A stretch of 64,000 nt of DNA. Source: Desulfobacteraceae bacterium. GTDB lineage: Bacteria > Desulfobacterota > Desulfobacteria > Desulfobacterales > JAABSP01. Below are positions 44,937 through 52,744 of the stretch, piece by piece; positions within the stretch are counted from its first letter, which is position 1; each line of letters starts with the position of its first letter. Where the stretch lies: contig JAABTD010000002.1 in assembly GCA_011390065.1 (NCBI GenBank), forward strand, positions 21,854-85,853. The letters run 5' to 3'. A program made the translations under genes and the position numbers. The notes beneath the pieces were generated by a model that saw nothing but the letters and a program-made list of their open reading frames with translations, was not told the DNA's origin and searched no databases.

Positions 44937-45353
44937 CACCTCTAAAATCTCGGTCTTTTCCACCCGAAGCGCCGACAACAAAACCTTTTCAACAGGCGGA
45001 GGCAACGAAAGCACATGAAAACGGCTCACATTGAAAGCGTAATCTTCCTCGCTCTCATCGATAAGCCTTATATAGCCGTGCTTGTCGGCTTCCTTATCGG
45101 GAATGACCTGATACAGTTTGCCAATTTCAAGAGAAGCCTCGTATCCTTTATTGTCGATACAAATTGCAAATTTTTCACCCTTGCCTCGCCCTCGCAGATC
45201 TCTTATCGGGTCTGTCGCCAACACGGGGGCCGGCTTCGACTTGTTGATAAAAGTGATGATTACCTCAGCACCGTTCTCGGGGATATTGTCTTTGTCCGCA
45301 AAGATCAGTTTCTCGTCTTTGTATATTGCATGAGCTGTCTGCAATGCCGGCAT
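44934..45353 (-). CDS. Two-domain small protein: DUF104-like antitoxin-type N-terminus + the ID-N-x-G-x-EASLE domain
   Basis: 139 aa. The N-terminus AHAIYKDEKLIFADKDNIPENGAEVIITF resembles DUF104. The C-terminus FAICIDNKGYEASLEIGKLYQVIPDKEADKHGYIRLIDESEEDYAF is paralogous to 44283..44540. Confidence 0.6.
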   Translation of the reverse strand: MPALQTAHAIYKDEKLIFADKDNIPENGAEVIITFINKSKPAPVLATDPIRDLRGRGKGEKFAICIDNKGYEASLEIGKLYQVIPDKEADKHGYIRLIDESEEDYAFNVSRFHVLSLPPPVEKVLLSALRVEKTEILEV

Positions 45354-45462
45354 ATCAATCTCCTCGTTATATTTCCGTTTATTATATGTGTTCGGGCGCT
45401 TGGCGACGACAATAAGCGGGTCCAGCGGAGAGGTGTGTTGAATCCCACATATCTAAGTATAC

Positions 45463-45560
45463 CACAGCCCATCCCAAAAATAACACGAATCACAGTTCAA
45501 AAACGCAAAAAGCCGGAAGCGTTTCCGCTTCCGACCGGTTTCTCGGGCGCCAATTCCTTA
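45463..45560 (-). repeat. Island junction repeat, copy B
   Basis: CACAGCCCATCCCAAAAATAACACGAATCACAGTTCAAAAACGCAAAAAGCCGGAAGCGTTTCCGCTTCC plus the same downstream flank as copy A. Confidence 0.7.
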
Positions 45561-45672
45561 CGTCTCTAAAACCTCGGTTGCTTTTCCACCCGAAGCGCCA
45601 ACAACAAAACCTTTTTAGCAGGCATGGGCAACGAAACCGGATGAAAACGGCTTGCAGTGTATGTAATCTTGC
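45558..45672 (-). pseudogene. Decayed 3-prime remnant of a paralog of gene 44934..45353
   Basis: About 115 nt align base-for-base, with scattered mismatches and an in-frame stop, to 44934-45050. Similarity ends abruptly at about 45672. Confidence 0.5.
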
Positions 45673-45758
45673 ACGGGCGACGCGCCCCCTTGTTCCGACC
45701 GCGATGGCCTCAAGCGATGGCGGATTACGCAGGAATTGTGGATTTTGTTAAACTTCTC

Positions 45759-45974
45759 TTACGCATAAAGCAATCGGCGGCCTTTGGGTTCGGGAATGGG
45801 ATCGTTGAATTCCCTGGCGGTTTCAATCCATAGCTCCATGGCGGTTTTGATATTCGCCAACGCGGACTCGCGGGTGTCGCCATGAGCCATGCATCCCTGG
45901 AGTTCGGGGACCTCCGCGATATAGGCTTCATCTTCATCGCTCCAGTGGATGATGATTTCATATTTGTTCGACAT
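45759..45974 (-). CDS. hicB: HicB-family antitoxin
   Basis: 71 aa with YEIIIHWSDEDEAYIAEVPELQGCMAHGDTRESALANIKTAMELWIE. 17-nt overlap with hicA. Confidence 0.9.
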   Translation of the reverse strand: MSNKYEIIIHWSDEDEAYIAEVPELQGCMAHGDTRESALANIKTAMELWIETAREFNDPIPEPKGRRLLYA

Positions 45975-46224
45975 TGTTCGCCCCCAATCGATATTTCAAT
46001 ATAATATTCCGAATTTGTTTGACTTGATATGGTTTCGCCTTATTGCCTTCCTTTTGCAGATTTAGCTTTTCTTCAATTCCCGCTTTGCGAAAAATGTGAT
46101 GGCCGCCTTTGACGCGCATTTCAAAGCCGAAATGTTGCAAAAGGGCAATGGCGTCGGAAAAAGCGATATTGGCGTCGCTTTCGCCGCGAAGAATCTTAAA
46201 CACTAATTTCTCATATTGGCCCAT
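45958..46224 (-). CDS. hicA: HicA-family mRNA interferase toxin
   Basis: 88 aa with LLQHFGFEMRVKGGHHIFRK and PYQVKQIRNIILKY. Confidence 0.9.
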   Translation of the reverse strand: MGQYEKLVFKILRGESDANIAFSDAIALLQHFGFEMRVKGGHHIFRKAGIEEKLNLQKEGNKAKPYQVKQIRNIILKYRLGANNVEQI

Positions 46225-46271
46225 TTCATCGTTCCATAACTAGTTCGTCAATCAGAACCCCAACATCATAC

Positions 46272-46349
46272 CACAGCCACCCCAAAAATCACACGAATCA
46301 CAGTTCAAAAACGCAAAAAGCCGGAAGCGTTTCCGCTTCCGGCTTTTTA
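46272..46349 (-). repeat. Island junction repeat, copy C (best terminator form)
   Basis: On the minus strand, GCCGGAAGCG-gaaa-CGCTTCCGGC is followed by TTTTT and then the conserved trailer GCGTTTTTGAACTGTGATTCGTGTGATTTTTGGGG and TGGTATGAT (extended -10-like) ahead of hicA. Confidence 0.7.
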
Positions 46350-46354
46350 ACGAT

Positions 46355-47719
46355 TTAAGCTATGTAAGGAGGTGTTTCCTTAGAAGCTGAGGGACAGCCG
46401 AGAACCGATTTCGTAGGGATCGGCATCGTCGGGATGTTCATGGTAGTGGCGTCGCCCGCGAACAGGTAAGCGCCTACGACATCTAAATTCAGACCTTCAA
46501 CCAGCTGGTAGGTGATTTTCAGGTCCACTTCAATTCCCAGCTCATCTTCCACAGCGCCGGTCAGCGTAATGACCTCTTCAGCGAGTTTGGCGTACCAAAC
46601 ATCCAGGGATATGGCCAGCTTGTCCATCGGCTTGACCGTAGCGCCTAAGTTGGCGGCCATGATATTGGTAATGGCGTCGCCGGGGGAGTTGGTGGTGGTG
46701 GCCCAGTCGAAAACGCCCATGCCCATAATTTCCGCCCAGTAGTAAGATTGGTTGAAATTCTGACCGAAACCATCTTCGCCAATGCCCATGAAACCTTCAA
46801 ACTTCCCATCATTCGGGTTATCATCACCGGTAGCGTAGAACGCCTGACCGTGAATATCGCCCATTCCAAAGCTCACGCTCGCACCCAGCGCTCCCAACCA
46901 GGCCTCGAAATCAAGGGAGTCGTTTCGGAACAAATAATCCGCATCGCCGCCCTGATAGATGCCTGTAAACCAGATGGAAACCGGATCAAAATTCAAATCC
47001 AGATCCAAACCTGCCCAAAATACATTCAGATCTTCAAATGAATTGGGTCCCCGGGCGGTATTTTCATAGGGGTTGATCATTGGGGCATCGGTTGCATTGT
47101 CTGAATAACCATAAAAGATGTAAGGATTGATGCTGATGTTGTTGAAGCTGAATTTCGGCATCAAACCGAAATAATCAACATCCATTGCATTATTGCTTGC
47201 CCCGCCTTCATGGGCTCTCATCCATATAAACGGCACTGAAAAGCCATCGCCGTTATATGAAATGGTGGCGCCGGGAAAATCAGGCGCGCAGAACAGGAAG
47301 CCTCTGGCAAGGCAGGCGCCATGAACGCCGATTTGAGCGTTGATCGGCCCAAGATCAAAATCCACATAGGATTTTTTGATTTCCAGGTTGGCGCCGTCAG
47401 CTCCGAAATCCGTCCAGGTGCCTTCATCACCTACAGCGGCGCCTCTTGCGCCACGGCCGCTGCCCCAGGTTCCATCAAATTCGAATTCATTTCGGAATTT
47501 GAGGTTTTCATGAAAAACAGCCGTATAGTACAACCGGGTTCTGGTATCGACGACTGTTTCATCCCCGGAAGGCGGTTCCAGATCATTGCCGTCGAAATTC
47601 TGGTTGGTATAAAACCGCGTCCGCCAATACCCACCGAACTGATGTTCCATCGCCAAAGCCGGCACCGTGAACATGAACACCAGCAATGCCGCAAAAACCA
47701 ATAAAGCAGCCTTCTTCAT
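46355..47719 (-). CDS. Outer-membrane beta-barrel porin-like protein; 3-prime end apparently frameshifted
   Basis: The ATG at 47719 has AAGGAGG upstream. Signal peptide MKKAALLVFAALLVFMFTVPALA and alternating beta-strand pattern. The annotated frame ends ...PPYIA. Another frame from about 46450 reads HPDDADPYEIGSRLSLSF and stops at 46380, which is a canonical OMP C-terminus. Confidence 0.7.
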   Translation of the reverse strand: MKKAALLVFAALLVFMFTVPALAMEHQFGGYWRTRFYTNQNFDGNDLEPPSGDETVVDTRTRLYYTAVFHENLKFRNEFEFDGTWGSGRGARGAAVGDEGTWTDFGADGANLEIKKSYVDFDLGPINAQIGVHGACLARGFLFCAPDFPGATISYNGDGFSVPFIWMRAHEGGASNNAMDVDYFGLMPKFSFNNISINPYIFYGYSDNATDAPMINPYENTARGPNSFEDLNVFWAGLDLDLNFDPVSIWFTGIYQGGDADYLFRNDSLDFEAWLGALGASVSFGMGDIHGQAFYATGDDNPNDGKFEGFMGIGEDGFGQNFNQSYYWAEIMGMGVFDWATTTNSPGDAITNIMAANLGATVKPMDKLAISLDVWYAKLAEEVITLTGAVEDELGIEVDLKITYQLVEGLNLDVVGAYLFAGDATTMNIPTMPIPTKSVLGCPSASKETPPYIA

Positions 47720-47947
47720 CTTTTCCTCCTTCATTTAATTGATCGATAAACCAACCTAATAACTCATTGATAAGAAACCCAAAACGGATCTTCGCCCCGA
47801 ACGGGGCTCTTTCCTTCACCTCCTTTCTGCAATTCACATGTTTCTTTCTAAACCGTAATAACCCAGAACAAACAAATATTCAATACTTTTTTGCCATGCA
47901 AATCCTTTCGGATTGCTAACAGCACTCGGTTTCCATGTCAAGTTATT

Positions 47948-48136
47948 TTAACAGCCTTGCGGCAAAAATCCGCGGCTTACCCTATCGTGTTTGCCGAAAA
48001 CCGGGGAAAATATCCGCCGCGGGACGCTCAGAAAAAGCCGGGTCGCGTTTTCAGGCAAATACTCCCGGAAAAACGAGACGGCGTTTTCCTTCCGGGTCAG
48101 GGTTTCCTTGCAAAATCGGTCGTGGGGGTTGTTCAT
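47948..48136 (-). pseudogene. Fragment of YhgA-like (Rpn/Transposase_31) nuclease gene with internal deletion
   Basis: MNNPHDRFCKETLTRKENAVSFFREYLPEN is identical to the start of 50276..51196. It then jumps to sequence matching the LFLSVMRRIFSPDF region. Confidence 0.7.
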
Positions 48137-48151
48137 TTCCCGCCTTTATCA

Positions 48152-48328
48152 TCAGTGCTCGGGGTAAGTCGCGCTCTCCCAGGTCAATTTTTCCAGCTCC
48201 CGGGTCAGTTGGGCGATTTTTTGTTCCACCATGCCCTGGGGTAGCAGACCGCTCGTTCGGCCAGCTCGCGGGTTTCTTCGTCCGCGCTCAGGGCCTTCAA
48301 CACATTGAATGCATTACGGGTCATCGGT
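48152..48328 (-). pseudogene. Mosaic of C-terminal fragments from both Rpn-type gene families
   Basis: 48152-48255 parallels the 3-prime end of 49434..49952 (same stop context TCAGTGCTCGGG). 48258-48300 duplicates 48637-48680 of the PDDEXK_2-type gene. Confidence 0.5.
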
Positions 48329-49303
48329 CTATGGCGTCAATTCTGTTTGACGGCCGATGGCCTTTTCGACGCTCCCAATCGCATTCGTCCTCTTGAGCAC
48401 CTCCACGATCATATCCAACCGCCCCAAGTCGTCAATTTCCCTTACTTTCGACATCAATCCCATAGCTTTATCGCCGAATTTCAAGTACAAACCCAATTCG
48501 ATGGCTTCCCATTTGCCTTCCTTCCGGCCCTCCTTCCGGCCCTCCTTCCGGCCCTCCGTCCGGCCCTCTTCAATACCGCTTTTCTTTGCCTCGTTCAAAA
48601 ACATGGCCTCGTCTTTCAACGCCTTTTCCCGTTTTTCGGCCAGCTCGCGGGTTTCTTCGTCCGCGCTCAAAGTTTTCAGCGTGTCGTAGGCCTTATGGAT
48701 CATCGGATTCTGGTAATGTTCCTGCATGGTTTCATCTCCTTCCTCGTGGGCGCGATTCAAAAACCGCAGCCATTCCAAAAGATCGTCGCCTCGCCCGCTC
48801 CGCGTCATTCTTTCCATCGCGGGCAGATCGAAAAGATGCATGGACAGGTCGTCGTTGAACCTCAAATCCGGATGCCGGACATCCCGGAGCGCGAATCGAT
48901 ACTGGAAATCCTCAGCCTCCGACAATGGAAACGGCGCGTAGTCCAAAAAATGGATGCCGATCACCGGATGAAGCACGGCGTAATCGTCTCCCGATTTCAA
49001 CTGGTCGCCATACATCTTGCAAAGGTAAAAAACGGTTCTCTTTGGATAGTTCTCGTATTTCCGGACCTGCATTTCAACATCGTATTCCCGCCCGGCGTCG
49101 TCAACGGCCCGAACATCCAGGACGATAAATTTCTTTTCGATATCCTCCGGCGATATATTCGGGTTTTTTATTTCAACGGTGGCAATCCGGCGTCCGTTCG
49201 GCCGCCCGAGGACGCTGTCGATGAGATCTTTTAAAATTTCAGCGTCCCAGGTCAACAGCCTTTTGAACACATAATCGACTTTTGGGCTCAACAATTTCGA
49301 CAT
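48329..49303 (-). CDS. Rpn-family recombination-promoting nuclease / putative transposase (PDDEXK_2 type)
   Basis: Start taken at MSKLLSPKVDYVFKRLL (ATG at 49303). The nuclease core is FIVLDVRAVDDAGREYDVEMQV. The C-terminal (EGRK)n tract is encoded by a 12-nt tandem repeat. Confidence 0.8.
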   Translation of the reverse strand: MSKLLSPKVDYVFKRLLTWDAEILKDLIDSVLGRPNGRRIATVEIKNPNISPEDIEKKFIVLDVRAVDDAGREYDVEMQVRKYENYPKRTVFYLCKMYGDQLKSGDDYAVLHPVIGIHFLDYAPFPLSEAEDFQYRFALRDVRHPDLRFNDDLSMHLFDLPAMERMTRSGRGDDLLEWLRFLNRAHEEGDETMQEHYQNPMIHKAYDTLKTLSADEETRELAEKREKALKDEAMFLNEAKKSGIEEGRTEGRKEGRKEGRKEGKWEAIELGLYLKFGDKAMGLMSKVREIDDLGRLDMIVEVLKRTNAIGSVEKAIGRQTELTP

Positions 49304-49433
49304 CCGAATGCCTCTAAACGCAAAATCCTTTTTTGTGCTCATGGCCATGGTCCGCCATCGGGAAACGGGCCGGAGCGTCAACGGCGCCCCAGGCGTCAAG
49401 ATCGACCGCTGTTCAGACCTGTTCGCGGCGTTA

Positions 49434-50262
49434 TCAGTGCTCGGGATAAGTCGCGCTCTCCCTGGTCAATTTTTCCAGCTCCCGGTTGAGTTGGGCGATT
49501 TTTTGGTCCGCGATGTCTTTCGACAGCAAACCGCTTGCCAGAAGCTCTTGCCATAATTCTATTTTACCACGGACTTCCCCTCGGATCTCCCCTTCTTGCC
49601 GCAATCTTTCCGCCACGGTCATAACACCCTCCTTTTTATCCTCATCAATGACCTGGATAAGCTTTTTTTCCGTCTCCTCCGGATCAATGTCGTCACGCAC
49701 ATTATAAATGTATCGCAGGACGGTTTCAAGATATTGCATGCCCGTCCGTTTCCTCGACAATTCGGCGAACAAAGGCAGCATCCCGTCAAGGTGTTGGCTA
49801 AAATCCGGGGAAAATATTCGCCGGACCACGCTCAGATAAAGCCGGATGAAGATGTTTCCTTTAATCTCGGCGTCGCTGAACGCCGAAAGGTCCCGGACGA
49901 CGTATTCAAACCTGGACGTGTAATCCCTTATCGACGCCGGCTCAACGACCATGTCCTCAAACCGGGGGATCGTGAAACCGCACCGGCATCAGGGCGTCCA
50001 CGGTGGACTGGTGTTCAAACAGCAGGTATAAAAAGACCAGCAAGCCTTTCATGCGAACCGTGTAGAGACTGTCGGACATCCGTTCTCTCAGTCTCAGGGA
50101 AATGAACGTGTCTTTGGTAATTTTAAGGGTTCGCCAGTCCGCCTCACTCGCCACGTCTTTGGGAAGATATTCCCGGAAAAAGGACACGGCGTTTTCCTTC
50201 CGGGTAAAGGTTTCCTTGAAAAACTGGGCGTGGGGTGTATTGATTTTATTCGTGTATGCCAT
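49434..50262 (-). pseudogene. YhgA-like (Rpn/Transposase_31) nuclease gene, disrupted
   Basis: Two ORFs (49957..50262 and 49434..49952) together parallel 50276..51196. They are separated by a stop/frame break and lack about 30 central codons. Confidence 0.75.
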
Positions 50263-50275
50263 AATGTCAAATCCA

Positions 50276-51196
50276 TCATTGCTCGACGCCGGATGGGTCT
50301 GTTGCGGTCAATTGCGCCAGCTTTTGGTTCAGCTCCGCAAGTTTTTGCTCAACCAAGTCTTTTGGCAACAGCCCGCTTGCAAGAAGTTCCTGGTAAGTTT
50401 CCATCTTGCCGTAGATGGCGCCTTCCTTTCTACCTTCTTTTCTCAATTTTTCCGCAACGGTCATAACACCCTCCTTTTTGTCCTCATCAATAACTTGAAT
50501 AAGTTTCTTTTCCGTCTCCACCGGATCAATGTCGTCACGCACATTATAAATGTACCGCAGGACGGTTTCAAGATATTGCATGCCCGTCCGTTTTTTCGAC
50601 AATTCGGCGAACAAGGGCAGCATCTTGTCGAGGTGTTCGTTGAAATCCGGGGAAAATATCCGCCGCATGACGCTCAGAAAAAGCCGTATGGAAACATTTC
50701 CCTTGATTTCCGAATCGCTAAACGCCGAAAGATCCCGGACGAGGTGTTCAAACCTGGGCCTGCAATCCGGCATCAGCGCCGGCTCGACGATCATGTCCTC
50801 GAACTTGGGACTTATATTCCATGTCGTTTTTCCGTGGTAAAACAAAATCGGGACGATTTCCGGCAGCTTGGTCGCGCCCGGATTCTGCTTTAAAAACAAA
50901 TCCCATATCCCGCCCATGTAATGGTAAAACCGCAGTGGCATCAGGGCGTCGATGGTGGACTGGTGTTCAAACAGCAGGTACAAAAATACCAGCAATCCTT
51001 TGACGCGAACCGTGTAAACGAGGTCGGAGAACCGCTCCTTCAAAGCCGGAGAAATGAACGTCTCCTTGACAATTGTAAGCGTCCGCCAGTCCGCCCGGCC
51101 GGCCACGTTTTCGGGCAAATATTCCCGGAAAAACGACACCGCGTTTTCCTTCCGGGTCAGGGTTTCCTTGCAAAATCGGTCGTGGGGATTGTTCAT
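50276..51196 (-). CDS. Rpn-family recombination-promoting nuclease / putative transposase (YhgA-like, Transposase_31 type)
   Basis: 306 aa with PHDRFCKETL, SDLVYTVRVKG, LLFEHQSTIDALMPLRF and PILFYHG. Confidence 0.85.
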   Translation of the reverse strand: MNNPHDRFCKETLTRKENAVSFFREYLPENVAGRADWRTLTIVKETFISPALKERFSDLVYTVRVKGLLVFLYLLFEHQSTIDALMPLRFYHYMGGIWDLFLKQNPGATKLPEIVPILFYHGKTTWNISPKFEDMIVEPALMPDCRPRFEHLVRDLSAFSDSEIKGNVSIRLFLSVMRRIFSPDFNEHLDKMLPLFAELSKKRTGMQYLETVLRYIYNVRDDIDPVETEKKLIQVIDEDKKEGVMTVAEKLRKEGRKEGAIYGKMETYQELLASGLLPKDLVEQKLAELNQKLAQLTATDPSGVEQ

Positions 51197-51236
51197 TTCC
51201 CGCCTTTGTCATCTTTCGATAGTATGCCCTTGGCCA

Positions 51237-51281
51237 GATTTTGAATACAAAATCGTTTTTCGGGCTCAACAATTTTTGCAT
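51237..51281 (-). pseudogene. 15-codon stub of a second PDDEXK_2-type Rpn gene
   Basis: MQKLLSPKNDFVFKI parallels MSKLLSPKVDYVFKR of 48329..49303. Similarity then ends. Confidence 0.4.
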
Positions 51282-51361
51282 GAAACACCGTTGCTACTTT
51301 CTTCGATCATAAACCCGCTTCAAGCGCGCCCAAATATTTTAACACCTGCATAGATGGATGC

Positions 51362-51390
51362 TTGACACATCTCTCGCCGCCCCCTAAGAT
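51362..51390 (+). promoter_or_regulatory. Candidate sigma70 promoter for pepP
   Basis: TTGACA (51362-51367), a 17-nt spacer and TAAGAT (51385-51390), 55 nt upstream of the ATG. Confidence 0.35.
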
Positions 51391-51445
51391 TAACACCTCG
51401 ACATAACATAAAATACCCTTTTCCAGGAAAGCCCGCAACCATCAA

Positions 51446-52744
51446 ATGAAATACGCGCCCATTAAACCAGATCTATTTATCCGCAACCGCCAGCGGCTTG
51501 TCAACCGGCTGAACCCCGGGTCCCTGGCCGTTTTCAATTCCAACGACATTATGCCCACCAGCGCCGACGGCGTTCGGTCGTTCATTCAAAATACCGATAT
51601 TTTCTTCATGAGCGGCATCGATCAGGAGGAGTCGATTCTGGTCATCTGCCCTGACGCAAGGAACGAAAAGCATCGGGAAATCCTCTTTTTAAGGGAGACG
51701 AGCGAAAAAATCGCCACATGGGAAGGCCCCAAATACACCAAAGAAGAGGCATCCAGGCTCTCGGGCATCGAAACGGTCTTGTGGACATCGGAGTTCGAGA
51801 GCGTTTTCCGCTCCCTTGCCTGCGAGGTCGAACACATCTATTTGAACACCAACGAACACCTCCGGGCCGATGTATCGGTGCAAACCCGGGACGACCGGTT
51901 CATCAAATGGTGCCAATCGGCCTTTCCCCTCCACAAATACGAGCGGCTGGCCCCCATCATGCGCCATCTGCGGGCTGTCAAATCGTCCATTGAAGTGGAT
52001 CTGATCCGCCAGGCGTGCGCCATTACCGAAAAAACCTTCCGCAGGCTCCTTGGGTTCATTCGACCGGGCGTCTGGGAGTTTGAAATCGAAGCGGAGATCT
52101 TTCATGAGTTTCTGCGCAATCGATCCCGGGGACCGGCTTACGAACCGATTGTCGCCTCCGGTCCCAACACCTGCATACTCCACTACGTCAAAAATGACCG
52201 GCAGTGCCGAAACAGCGAGTTGGTCCTGATGGATTTCGGAGCGGAATATGCCAATTACGCGTCGGATCTGAGCCGGACCGTGCCGGTGGACGGGCGGTTC
52301 ACTCCCCGGCAGCGAGCGGTCTACGATGCGGTGCTCCGTGTTCAGCGGGGGGCCATCGGCCTGCTGCGGTCGGGGAATACGTTGAAGGAATACCACAAGG
52401 CCGTGGGGCGGCTCATGGAAAAGGAACTGATCGATCTGAGATTATTGAACCCGGAAGAGGTGAAAAATCAGGACCCCGAAACACCATTGTACAAAAAATT
52501 TTACATGCACGGGGCGTCTCACCACATGGGACTCGATGTCCACGATGTGGCGGATCTTCATCGTGAATTCACCCCTGGCATGGTCTTCACCTGCGAGCCG
52601 GGCCTATATATTAAGGAGGAGGGGATCGGGGTCCGGATTGAAAACGATATCCTCGTCACCGAAGGGGCGCCCGTCGACTTGATGGCGAGCATTCCCGTGG
52701 AAGCAGAGGAAATCGAAGCGTTGATGAACCGGCAAGGATATTAA
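51446..52744 (+). CDS. pepP: Xaa-Pro aminopeptidase (M24B metallopeptidase)
   Basis: 432 aa with a creatinase-like N-domain and M24 metal ligands in LVLMDFGAEYANYASDLSRT, HGASHHMGLDVHD, FTCEPGLY and RIENDILV. Confidence 0.9.
   Translation: MKYAPIKPDLFIRNRQRLVNRLNPGSLAVFNSNDIMPTSADGVRSFIQNTDIFFMSGIDQEESILVICPDARNEKHREILFLRETSEKIATWEGPKYTKEEASRLSGIETVLWTSEFESVFRSLACEVEHIYLNTNEHLRADVSVQTRDDRFIKWCQSAFPLHKYERLAPIMRHLRAVKSSIEVDLIRQACAITEKTFRRLLGFIRPGVWEFEIEAEIFHEFLRNRSRGPAYEPIVASGPNTCILHYVKNDRQCRNSELVLMDFGAEYANYASDLSRTVPVDGRFTPRQRAVYDAVLRVQRGAIGLLRSGNTLKEYHKAVGRLMEKELIDLRLLNPEEVKNQDPETPLYKKFYMHGASHHMGLDVHDVADLHREFTPGMVFTCEPGLYIKEEGIGVRIENDILVTEGAPVDLMASIPVEAEEIEALMNRQGY

Noticed and set aside
44842-46349. 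The idea that the junction repeats are integron attC sites and the small genes an integron cassette array.
   Set aside because: No intI-type integrase is present. The repeats lack the RYYYAAC / GTTRRRY core pair in consistent positions. The hairpin is a simple perfect GC stem followed by a T-run, which is terminator-like rather than an attC bulged structure.
48500-48580. Possible CRISPR-like or other non-coding repeat array.
   Set aside because: The units are only 12 nt, are directly adjacent with no spacers, and lie in frame inside a coding sequence. No CRISPR array is seen anywhere in the window.
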